Translations under genes and position numbers: made by a program
The notes under the pieces: model-generated
Database searches by the model: none
The model's input: the letters and a program-made list of their open reading frames with translations, nothing else
Told to the model about the DNA's origin: nothing
Shown: in pieces, positions 18,299 to 25,722 of the stretch
How the letters are laid out: each line of letters starts with the position of its first letter
How positions within the stretch are numbered: position 1 is the stretch's first letter
Virus record (IMG/VR): IMGVR_UViG_3300031228_000020
Span: 1 to 33,611 of that record
Length of the DNA: 33,611 bases
Source of the DNA: a virus
Taxonomy: Duplodnaviria; Caudoviricetes
Direction: 5' to 3' (one strand)

Positions 18299-18988
18299 AT
18301 GGCTAGGTGCAACTGCAACGGACAGGTGTGTGGCTGCCGGATCATCGCCGGCGAGGGTGTCACGATCACCGGCAGCGGCGGCGCTACTGACCCGTTGACG
18401 ATCAGCGCTGAGGGCGGCGACAGCGGCGTATCAGGCTGGTTCCCCGGCGACCTCAAGGCTGTCGCGACCGCGAGCGTTCCCGGGGGGTGGCTGCTCGCGA
18501 ACGGACAGGCGGTCTCTCGTACGTCGTTCGCGGCGTTGTTCGCTGCGATCGGCACGACGTACGGCGCCGGGAACGGTGCGACCACGTTCAACGTCCCCGA
18601 TATGCGTGACCGTGTGCCGGTCGGTGTGTCCGGCACCAAGACACTCGGGTCCGGTGGCGGCGCGGAGTCGGTGACGCTGATCACGACGAACCTGCCGCCG
18701 CACACTCACACGATCAACCACGATCACGCCCCGTTCGACACCAACAGCGGCGGGTCGCACAAGCATCAGCTTGATCTCAGCAACGAGGACGGCAGCAACA
18801 ACAACACCGTGCGCCGCGGTGGCTCGCACACGATCGACACGAACCTGCCGGTCGAGAGCGCTGGCGCACACGTGCACACGATCAACGTCCCGGCGTACAC
18901 CGGCAACTCCGGCGACGGCCCCGGGAACAGCTTCCCGGTCTCAGTGATGCAGCCCTACCGAGCCGTCAACTGGCTCGTCAAGACCTGA
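18299..18988 (+). CDS. Tail fibre with collar domain and His-x-His tip motifs
   Basis: PGGWLLANGQAVSRTSFAALFAAIGTTYGAGNGATTFNVPDMR; HTH, HDH, HKH, HVH motifs; ends MQPYRAVNWLVKT. Confidence 0.85.
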   Translation: MARCNCNGQVCGCRIIAGEGVTITGSGGATDPLTISAEGGDSGVSGWFPGDLKAVATASVPGGWLLANGQAVSRTSFAALFAAIGTTYGAGNGATTFNVPDMRDRVPVGVSGTKTLGSGGGAESVTLITTNLPPHTHTINHDHAPFDTNSGGSHKHQLDLSNEDGSNNNTVRRGGSHTIDTNLPVESAGAHVHTINVPAYTGNSGDGPGNSFPVSVMQPYRAVNWLVKT

Positions 18989-18999
18989 GCGGGCGTACC

Positions 19000-19248
19000 G
19001 TGGACGGTATCCCCCTGGATCTCGCGGATGGTGTCGGCGTCGTCGGCATCTGTGTTCTCGCGGTCGTGGCGTTCGCTCGGGGTTGGATCTGCTCCGGCCG
19101 GGAACTGAAAGCGGTGGAGAAGCAACGAGACGAGTGGCGAGCGATCGCGCTGCGTTCGTTGACCGTGACGGAACGGACAACCGACGCGAGTGAGGTCGCC
19201 GCTCATGCTCTCGCAGCTCTCCCCGCTGCGCTTGAGGAGTTGCCGTGA
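19000..19248 (+). CDS. Membrane protein (holin-cassette type)
   Basis: N-terminal TM helix followed by RGW..., RDEWR coiled segment. Confidence 0.6.
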   Translation: MDGIPLDLADGVGVVGICVLAVVAFARGWICSGRELKAVEKQRDEWRAIALRSLTVTERTTDASEVAAHALAALPAALEELP

Positions 19249-19433
19249 TCTTCGACTTCCTACTCCGTCGGTCTCGGGCTGTCCGTGACCCTGAGATCGC
19301 CGAGGCTGAGAGCCGTGTCGGCGATCTGGAAAACCGCGCCGACAACGTGATCCCGCGGCTGCTCGCTGAGGGTCAGCGGAATCACTTCGCTGAGCGTCTG
19401 CGGCTGACGTTCCCCCGAACGAACGGAGCATGA
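19245..19433 (+). CDS. Small hypothetical protein of the lysis cassette
   Basis: GAGGAG RBS, GTGA overlap, RNHFAERL motif often seen between actinophage membrane genes. Confidence 0.6.
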   Translation: MIFDFLLRRSRAVRDPEIAEAESRVGDLENRADNVIPRLLAEGQRNHFAERLRLTFPRTNGA

Positions 19434-19436
19434 CCT

Positions 19437-19778
19437 GTGTGGGACGTCAACGCTGTGCCGTGGACCACCGACGAGCTGATCACGTTCGGATGTCTAGTTG
19501 TGAGCACCGTGATGGTCACAACGTTCCCGGTGGTCTACGGCATCCGCGCGGAGTTGCGTGACCAGCTCGCGCGGATCGTTGTGCTCGCGACGTCGGCGAC
19601 GTCGCTCGCGTTCATCACCGCGGTCGTGTTTGTGCTGATGCATCACGCTGCTGTCGAGGTCAACGACGTGTGGCGGCATTGGATCGCCCGGCTGATCTAT
19701 CTCACCGTCGGGGTCGGAAAGCTCGCGATGCTGTGGGCAGTGTTCCGCACCCCGCCGCTACCCGCATCCGACACATAG
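19437..19778 (+). CDS. Three-TM membrane protein (putative holin)
   Basis: Three hydrophobic segments; GGAG RBS. Confidence 0.6.
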   Translation: MWDVNAVPWTTDELITFGCLVVSTVMVTTFPVVYGIRAELRDQLARIVVLATSATSLAFITAVVFVLMHHAAVEVNDVWRHWIARLIYLTVGVGKLAMLWAVFRTPPLPASDT

Positions 19779-19825
19779 CAGATCACCCCTGCTCCGGACA
19801 CCGGTGCGGCGTACGCTCCGATGCT

Positions 19826-20233
19826 ATGAACATCCCCAACGTGCGACCCGGCGCCCTCTCCGGAACGATGCAGCCGTTCGACGCCGAGCCCCTCGTGGAC
19901 GAGACCGTCGAGACCGCCACCCAACCGAGCGCCGGCGCGGGCGGCGCCGACGACACCGAGAGCTACGACCTCGACCTGTCCGGCGAACAGACCAGCGACG
20001 GCACTCCGCTGCCGCCGGCGCAGACCGTCGAGACGACCGGCATCGAGACGACCGCCACCGTCGGCGCAGAAGCGGCCGCTGAGAGCCCCGTAGACGACTC
20101 GGCGGCCGGAGACCCGCAGACAACCTCCGCGGCCGGCAGCGACGCCGACGGCCCGCCCAGCGGCGACGATTCGACCAGCGACACCGGTCAGAACAGCACC
20201 AGCTCGCCGGACGCTGGTTCTGGCAGCGACTGA
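19826..20233 (+). CDS. Acidic low-complexity protein, probably leaderless
   Basis: 135 aa rich in D/E/S/T/G/A with a single Arg and no Lys; TACGCT -10-like box at 19812-19817, 8 nt before the ATG. Confidence 0.55.
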   Translation: MNIPNVRPGALSGTMQPFDAEPLVDETVETATQPSAGAGGADDTESYDLDLSGEQTSDGTPLPPAQTVETTGIETTATVGAEAAAESPVDDSAAGDPQTTSAAGSDADGPPSGDDSTSDTGQNSTSSPDAGSGSD

Positions 20234-20454
20234 GCTACCCGCGCACGACTCTCGGGAGTTGCGCTCCGAGCACCGCGGCGTCGGACGGCATGAGCCTCCG
20301 GCGCCGCGGTCGTGTCCCCGGACAACTCCGCGAGGAACCGCCGCGACCGAGCACGGTGTGTGCCGGACGTCAGCAGATACCCCCGCCGGTCGGTGCACTC
20401 ACGGCCGACCCGGGCACGGCACGTCGGGCACGGCACCGACTGCGGCGTGATCAT
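20188..20454 (-). CDS. Small zinc-finger protein (CPTC...C...H)
   Basis: MITPQSVPCPTCRARVGRECTD...THRAR; ATGA overlap with the upstream minus-strand gene. Confidence 0.65.
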   Translation of the reverse strand: MITPQSVPCPTCRARVGRECTDRRGYLLTSGTHRARSRRFLAELSGDTTAAPEAHAVRRRGARSATPESRARVAQSLPEPASGELVLF

Positions 20455-20663
20455 CGGACCACCGCACCGACCAGCACCGGCGCACCGCGCCCGAGCGCAG
20501 CCACCCACCGTGCGTCGTGAGAACCGCCGTCGAGCGTCGTGATCGGTAGCCGCACGTCACGGCCGTGACGCCGGGACAACTTGTAGCAGGCATCCCCGGT
20601 GCCGGCGCCGCAGTGGGTGCACGTCACTGCGAGCAGAGCAGTACGCTCAGCAGTGGTTGCCAT
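20451..20663 (-). CDS. Small zinc-finger protein (CTHC...C...H)
   Basis: GGAGG RBS; LAVTCTHCGAGTGDAC...SHDAR; extended -10 TGCTAGCAT on the minus strand at 20705-20697. Confidence 0.7.
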   Translation of the reverse strand: MATTAERTALLAVTCTHCGAGTGDACYKLSRRHGRDVRLPITTLDGGSHDARWVAALGRGAPVLVGAVVR

Positions 20664-20730
20664 GACTAGCCTCCGGGGGTGAACCTCACACCACGAATGC
20701 TAGCAACTCCGCGGCGGTCCCTCCACAGGC

Positions 20731-21135
20731 TTATCCCCAGCTGTGCACTGGCGTGTCGGCCGGCTCCGCGGCATACACCCCGAACAGATCGACCGCGATC
20801 ACCGGCGGGTCAGTCGCGGCCGGCAGTTCGTCGGCGTACTCCGAGCACATCCCCGGCCGCTCGTAATAGTGCTCGACACCCTGCTGGTCGGTCCACGTCA
20901 CCCGCTCGGCGGGCCACTCGTGCGGCCACACCCCGAGCATCGAAAGCGTGATCAGCGGACAGTGGACCTCCGCGCCCAACTCCTCGTCAGCCTGCCCGTA
21001 GGCCGAGTCGTGGATGCAGCCCAGACCGTCCCGGCCGCCGCCGCACACGTTGTAGGTCCACGTCTCACCCTCCGAGCCGTTGCTGAACGGCCGGCGGTCA
21101 CGGTCACCCGGCTCGGGTGTCGGATTCTCGCGCAC
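20731..21135 (-). CDS. Hypothetical Cys-containing protein (start uncertain)
   Basis: PFSNGSEGETW..NVC...C..D..CPLI pattern; co-oriented with the replication genes. Confidence 0.6.
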   Translation of the reverse strand: MRENPTPEPGDRDRRPFSNGSEGETWTYNVCGGGRDGLGCIHDSAYGQADEELGAEVHCPLITLSMLGVWPHEWPAERVTWTDQQGVEHYYERPGMCSEYADELPAATDPPVIAVDLFGVYAAEPADTPVHSWG

Positions 21136-21141
21136 CGCCGG

Positions 21142-21801
21142 TCACCGGCGCCCGGTCCGGAACCGGTTCGGTTTCTTCGCGATCCCACGTTCCTCAGCCA
21201 TCAGCAGCGCGTCACGGCAGAACGGGCACCGCTTGATCCGCCGGTGCTGCCGGCCGCCGCCCCACGGATGCTCAGTCGCGATCTCGTCATCGAGCCAACC
21301 GTCGCGGCAGATCGTGTGATCACACGCACAGAGATCCGGATACTGACACAGCCGCTGCGGATCCTGACCGTTCACGAGCTTCGGCAGCACACCGACCGGG
21401 CGCGGAACCGTCGACTGATCATGACCGGCGTGCACCGCGGCCAGCACCGCCTTGAGGAACTTCGCGACGGACGGGTGCTCAGGTGTGCCCGGCAACGCCG
21501 GCTGAGCTGGTCCCTCAGCTGTCCGCGCAGCTGTCCGGGCTGCGGTCTGCTGCTCCCGCCACGCGGACACGATCACGCCGGGTGTGATCGAGTACCCCGG
21601 CTGATCGGCGTAGTAGCGATGCACGACGGTGAACGCGAACTGTGGGTCGACGTCGGCGAGGATCTTGTGCCACGTCTCGGCTTTCGCCCGGGCCTCGTCA
21701 GCGTCAGCCGGCCGGATCCGCGGGTCGAGAGCAAGGATCTGAGTGAGCAGACCGGTGACGTGCTGGTACGTCATCCGCTCCGCGGTGGTCGGGACGGTCA
21801 C
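21142..21801 (-). CDS. Putative helicase loader/inhibitor-like replication protein with C-terminal Zn motif
   Basis: GGAGG RBS; LL..I.ALDPR...AETWHKILADVD....A..V..YY....ITPG resembles G39P-like domains; CDHTICRDGW...RCPFC; directly after the initiator. Confidence 0.6.
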   Translation of the reverse strand: MTVPTTAERMTYQHVTGLLTQILALDPRIRPADADEARAKAETWHKILADVDPQFAFTVVHRYYADQPGYSITPGVIVSAWREQQTAARTAARTAEGPAQPALPGTPEHPSVAKFLKAVLAAVHAGHDQSTVPRPVGVLPKLVNGQDPQRLCQYPDLCACDHTICRDGWLDDEIATEHPWGGGRQHRRIKRCPFCRDALLMAEERGIAKKPNRFRTGRR

Positions 21802-22631
21802 GGGGTTCCTCCGAAGCTGGCGGGTTGGGTGCTGGTCGGTGCGGTGGCTCCGAAGATCCCACCGCCGTAACTGGCGTTCGGGTCGAGGTTAGCCCACGGG
21901 TCGCCGGCCATGCGCTGCTTCGGCATCGGCGGCGCTAGCTCCGTGAACCGCCGCTGACCGAGCCACGTCGCTGCGTGCGGAACGTACTGCCGCTCACGTG
22001 CCTGCAACACCGGCAGATGCTCGCGGAGCCCGTCAGCGATCACCGTCTGTGGCACCCCGGAGCGTCGTACGGCGCGGTACGCCTTGAACGCTGCCTGTTT
22101 GCCGTCTTTGCGTGGCCACAGCTCCCAGAACCCGGCGAACTCAGCATCAATCGGATCGCCTCTCTCCACGTCGGCATCGCCGACAAGCGCGAGCTGAGCG
22201 GGGGGTAAGGGGGGTAGTAGTTCTTCCTGTTCTTTAAGAGAGGTAGTGACGGCGGCTCCCGCCGTCACTGTGTCGGCGGGTGGCTCCGGCTCGTGACGGT
22301 GCGTGACGCCGTCACGGGAACCGGTGTCTGCTTCGTCCGCGAACGCCGGCCGGTACTGCAAGGTCGGGTCGAACGCTGACACCCGCTGACACTCGATCAT
22401 CCGCCGGTCACGCAGCAGCGTCAGTGCGGATTTCAGCCGGTGCTCGGTGAACCGCAGCTCTGCGCACATCGCTGCGCGGCTCGCCGCCCACCAACCGTCG
22501 CCGGCTCGGTACTCGATCCGGTTCATCAGCGCCGCCGCGTCCCATGAGCCGTCGAGCGCGTCGACAAGATCAAGATGCACCATCACGAAGTCGGTCCGGC
22601 CGGACCACTCTCGGCGGTATGCCCCGATCAC
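21798..22631 (-). CDS. Phage replication initiator (N-terminal winged HTH, C-terminal FW..WPRK domain); start uncertain (22631 or 22583)
   Basis: AAALMNRIEYR...WWAASRAAMCAELRFTEHRLKSALTLL; EFAGFWELWPRKDGKQAAFKAY...YVPHAATWLGQRRF. Confidence 0.75.
   Translation of the reverse strand: MIGAYRREWSGRTDFVMVHLDLVDALDGSWDAAALMNRIEYRAGDGWWAASRAAMCAELRFTEHRLKSALTLLRDRRMIECQRVSAFDPTLQYRPAFADEADTGSRDGVTHRHEPEPPADTVTAGAAVTTSLKEQEELLPPLPPAQLALVGDADVERGDPIDAEFAGFWELWPRKDGKQAAFKAYRAVRRSGVPQTVIADGLREHLPVLQARERQYVPHAATWLGQRRFTELAPPMPKQRMAGDPWANLDPNASYGGGIFGATAPTSTQPASFGGTP
22201..22316. repeat. Candidate replication origin: GTGACG iterons in dyads next to an AT-richer tract inside the initiator gene
   Basis: GTGACG at 22246, 22293, 22303 and CGTCAC at 22263, 22310; TAGTAGTTCTTCCTGTTCTTTAAGAGA just upstream. 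Confidence 0.5.
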
Positions 22632-22746
22632 AGCGGTGACAGCTTCGTGTCGGTGGATTCTGCTAGCATCTGCAGCACCTGCTTTCCTCAGGTCGTGCCC
22701 CCGCGGAGTTCGTCGGCTCCGGCGGGGGCGGTCTGTTGTGCGGGTG

Positions 22747-22776
22747 AGTCTAGACCTACACCGACGCGTCTGTGCA
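22747..22776 (-). promoter_or_regulatory. Leftward promoter TGCACA-N18-TAGACT
   Basis: Same 18-nt spacer as the rightward family; points into the replication genes. Confidence 0.5.
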
Positions 22777-22777
22777 C

Positions 22778-22807
22778 TAGACCGGAGCATTAATCTGACG
22801 CTAGAGT
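22778..22807 (+). promoter_or_regulatory. Phage promoter copy 2: TAGACC-N18-TAGAGT
   Basis: Matches the repeated promoter; upstream of ATG 22847. Confidence 0.65.
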
Positions 22808-22846
22808 GGCTGGGTCAGACCCGCCAACCGAAAGCGACCCCTGATC

Positions 22847-23143
22847 ATGGCTCTGCAAACCACCGGCCTGACGGCCGCGGTCCGAGAGTGGTTCGTCAAC
22901 AACCCCGGACCACACCGACCGACACACGCCGCGACCGCGCTCGGCGCTGAGACCGCCGCCGAGCGGATGAGCGTCAACAACCTCTGCGCACGGCTGACCC
23001 GCAAGGGCGAGCTGATCCGCGGTCACGACGACGACGCCGGCGGGGTGACGTATCAGGCTGGCGACGCAGCTCGTGAGCGTGTCGACGCCGACTCACGCTG
23101 CTCGTGCTGCGGCCAGAAGCTCCCCGCGGCGGCGACATCGTGA
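22847..23143 (+). CDS. Putative winged-helix DNA-binding protein with C-terminal CSCC motif
   Basis: VREWFVNNPGPHRPTHAATALG...VNNLCARLTRKGELIR...GVTY pattern; first gene of the early operon. Confidence 0.55.
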   Translation: MALQTTGLTAAVREWFVNNPGPHRPTHAATALGAETAAERMSVNNLCARLTRKGELIRGHDDDAGGVTYQAGDAARERVDADSRCSCCGQKLPAAATS

Positions 23144-24237
23144 CCGGCGCGGCCGCCTCAGATCAGGTCGAGAAACGTGAAGCAGACACCGCGGCGCACA
23201 TCAGCACGACGCAGATGCGGAAACTGCACGCGCTGCTCCGTGATCACGGAATCACGGGAGACAAGAACGTTCACGCGTACCTCAACCGCTGGCTAGAGGA
23301 ACACGACCGTGAGCCGATCGACTCACGCGCCGAACTGCACACCCGAGACGCCGCCGAGTTGATCGCCGAGCTGGAACAGGCCGAGGTCGCGACCGCTCCG
23401 ACCGCGGCAGCTCTCAACGCACTCCGCGCACCGTTCCCCGGTGAGGCTGTCGGGAAGCTCCCCCGGTCGACCTGCTCGGAGTGCAGCAAGAACCGCGGTC
23501 AGTGCGACCGGCACCGCAGCAAGGGCACCTGTCCGGTCTGCGGGAACTGGCACAACACCGCCGCGACGATCCACATTGACTTCGTGGGTCACGCCGACGT
23601 CACCGACCGACTGCTGCAGGTCGATCCATTTTGGTCGTGGCGGCCGTTCACCACCGACGAGCTGCAAGGTGTGCCGCCGTCGTTCCGTGACGGGCTGTGG
23701 ATCATGCTCACCGTCTGCGGTGTCTCCCGGCCCGGGTTCGGCGACGCCGCCGGAGGCAAGGGCGCGAAAGAGGCGATCGGCGACGCGCTCCGCAACGCAG
23801 CGATGCGGTTCGGTGTCGCACTCGACCTGTGGGCGAAGGGCGACCGCGAATGGTCCCACGCCGAGAAGTCAGGCGCCGAGACGATGCACCCCGACGAGCA
23901 CGCCCCCCGCGAGCGGCAGCACGACACCGCCTGGACCGGGCCGAGCACCGCGGAGCTGCTCGCGCAGATCGACGCCGACGCAGCCCGCGCCGGCGTGACG
24001 TACGAGCAGGCGACCCGCCGGTTCCTGTCCGACAACGACATCGACGGACTCGCCGCGCTCGACCGGCTGCCGCCGTGGACGATCGCGCCGCTCGCTGCCG
24101 CGGTGAAGAAACGCGCCGATGAGGTCGTCGCCGAGCAGCAACGCGCCGCGACCGCAGCGGCGGCGCTACCGGCCGAGCCGGACCCGTGGGGACCGGCGCC
24201 CGGTGCCGTGGCGACTGACAGCGGGCAGCCGTCATGA
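23140..24237 (+). CDS. Rad52/Sak-like single-strand annealing protein with Zn-finger insert
   Basis: LRAPFP....GKLP, IDFVGHADVTDRLLQVDPFWSW, LWIMLTVCGVSRPGFGDA and KEAIGDALRNAAMRFGVALDLW; GTGA coupling. Confidence 0.8.
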   Translation: MTGAAASDQVEKREADTAAHISTTQMRKLHALLRDHGITGDKNVHAYLNRWLEEHDREPIDSRAELHTRDAAELIAELEQAEVATAPTAAALNALRAPFPGEAVGKLPRSTCSECSKNRGQCDRHRSKGTCPVCGNWHNTAATIHIDFVGHADVTDRLLQVDPFWSWRPFTTDELQGVPPSFRDGLWIMLTVCGVSRPGFGDAAGGKGAKEAIGDALRNAAMRFGVALDLWAKGDREWSHAEKSGAETMHPDEHAPRERQHDTAWTGPSTAELLAQIDADAARAGVTYEQATRRFLSDNDIDGLAALDRLPPWTIAPLAAAVKKRADEVVAEQQRAATAAAALPAEPDPWGPAPGAVATDSGQPS

Positions 24238-24416
24238 AGCTCTCAGAGATCAGCGTCGGGCAGTGGGTCGTCTACCGGCCGCATCACCCCGGAGCGCAGC
24301 CGGAGGACGGCGAGGTCACGGAGATCCGCCGCGACCTCGTGATGGTCCGCTACCGCGGCGACCGCACAGCGAAGGCCACCTACCCCGGGGATCTCGAACC
24401 GGGAGCGCCGGCATGA
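24234..24416 (+). CDS. Small SH3/KOW-like hypothetical protein
   Basis: VGQWVVY...EDGEVTEI...VMVRY.GD..AKATYP.DL; ATGA overlaps. Confidence 0.6.
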   Translation: MKLSEISVGQWVVYRPHHPGAQPEDGEVTEIRRDLVMVRYRGDRTAKATYPGDLEPGAPA

Positions 24417-24526
24417 GGCGCCAGGAACTCACCGGGTGGGCCGTCTCACTGTGGTGGGCTCTGATGGGGTTCGTTCTCGGGTTCCAAGTCGCGCTCATCT
24501 GCGTCTCGATCTGGCCGCCGGCATGA
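24413..24526 (+). CDS. Small membrane peptide
   Basis: GGGAG RBS, ATGA overlaps at both ends, one long hydrophobic stretch. Confidence 0.55.
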   Translation: MRRQELTGWAVSLWWALMGFVLGFQVALICVSIWPPA

Positions 24527-24717
24527 GCCGCCGACCGAAGGCCGGATCCTCAGTGTGGGGTCTACGCCGTCACCAGTGGGGGAGCTACGTCCGCGCGCTT
24601 GGTGACTCCGTGCAGATCGTGTGGGAGGACCGGTCGGTACTCACAGTCAGCCGCGCTGATGCCCGCCTGCTGGCGAAGCGGATCAACCAGTGTCTAGACG
24701 ACACGAGACTCCCATGA
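24523..24717 (+). CDS. Hypothetical protein
   Basis: ATGA overlaps at both ends. Confidence 0.6.
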   Translation: MSRRPKAGSSVWGLRRHQWGSYVRALGDSVQIVWEDRSVLTVSRADARLLAKRINQCLDDTRLP

Positions 24718-25220
24718 CCGCCGATCAGGTAGCCGATCCGCTCGACGTCGGCGGTGTGATCGAGCTGCTCGCCGAGGACACCGGCCGTCTCGATGCGCTG
24801 CTCACCACCGCGCAGCTCGACCGCGAGGCCCCTGAGCACTGGCTGATCGTGCTCCGCGATCTGCGGCGCGTGATCGAACAACTCCGCACCCTCGACGCCG
24901 GGCTCGTGCGGCACATCTACCTCACCGCCGAGCACGGCAAACAGGTCATCGACGGCATTGGTGAAGTGTGGGTGGCACGCAGCAAGGACCGGAAGAAATG
25001 GGATGAGCGCGGCGTCGCTCAGGCGGTTCTCGATCACCGGATGAACGAGCGCGGCGGCGAGATCCCGAACGATCCGTGGGAGATCGCTGAGTGGCTGCTA
25101 GACGTGCTCGCTGTCAGCTACGTCCGTGTCACTCCGCTGCGCAGCATGGGGCTGGAACCGGACGCGTTCTGCGAGACCGTGACCGGCAAGCCGTCGGTGA
25201 CACTCCCGCCGGCCGACTGA
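24714..25220 (+). CDS. Hypothetical protein
   Basis: ATGA overlap; GC3-biased; ends the annealase operon. Confidence 0.7.
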   Translation: MTADQVADPLDVGGVIELLAEDTGRLDALLTTAQLDREAPEHWLIVLRDLRRVIEQLRTLDAGLVRHIYLTAEHGKQVIDGIGEVWVARSKDRKKWDERGVAQAVLDHRMNERGGEIPNDPWEIAEWLLDVLAVSYVRVTPLRSMGLEPDAFCETVTGKPSVTLPPAD

Positions 25221-25325
25221 TACCGTGAACGTGTCCGGTGAATGGACACGGGTGGTTCGCCTTGGCGGGTTGGACTCACCGGCCGCCCCGGCTCTCCCCT
25301 CGCGGATGAGCCGGGGCGGCACTCA
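25221..25325 (+). ncRNA. Candidate structured RNA carrying the antisense of the CAACCCGCCA box
   Basis: Hairpin CGTGTCC/GGACACG (25230-25250), TGGCGGGTTG (25263-25272), 13-bp terminal stem. Confidence 0.3.
25282..25320 (+). terminator. Terminator-like hairpin
   Basis: GCCGCCCCGGCTC (25282-25294) / GAGCCGGGGCGGC (25308-25320). Confidence 0.7.
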
Positions 25326-25334
25326 TCTAAACGC

Positions 25335-25364
25335 TAGACACGGCACACGGTTGTGATCTAGTGT
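25335..25364 (+). promoter_or_regulatory. Phage promoter copy 3: TAGACA-N18-TAGTGT
   Basis: Exact family match; AGGAG and ATG 25399 downstream. Confidence 0.8.
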
Positions 25365-25398
25365 GGTGCTCATCAACCCGCCACCGTCAGGAGACACC

Positions 25399-25722
25399 AT
25401 GCCGACGACCCCCGCCACAACTCTCGCCGCACCGATCGTGCTGCACAACTGCTACGTCATCTGTGACGGCAACTGTGCGTCAGAGTTCCGCACCGTCACC
25501 GACGGCTACGCCGCGTACGCACACGACACCACCGAGACCGCCGCATGGTCGCGGTCGGTCCGGCCGGGCGAGATCCGCGCCGCGTGCCCGTACGTCAACC
25601 CCGTGAACGGCGTGCAGTGCTTCGGCGAGATCGCCGTCGACCTGACCTCCGACTGGTGGACGGCCGCCACACCTGAACTGCTGGCGCTGTTCGCGAACGC
25701 GAAGCCGATCGAGTCCGACTGA
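25399..25722 (+). CDS. Hypothetical Cys-containing protein
   Basis: AGGAG RBS before ATG 25399; CDGNC and CPY..C pairs. Confidence 0.7.
   Translation: MPTTPATTLAAPIVLHNCYVICDGNCASEFRTVTDGYAAYAHDTTETAAWSRSVRPGEIRAACPYVNPVNGVQCFGEIAVDLTSDWWTAATPELLALFANAKPIESD

Noticed and set aside
25118-25249. Short minus-strand ORF downstream of the inverted CAACCCGCCA box
   Set aside because: Mostly antisense to a good gene, poor RBS and no upstream promoter seen; it remains a minor alternative explanation for the inverted box
25262-25285. Degenerate tRNA T-arm (GGGTTGGACTC) as an attP remnant
   Set aside because: Lacks TTC, the stem is imperfect, no cloverleaf forms and no integrase is visible
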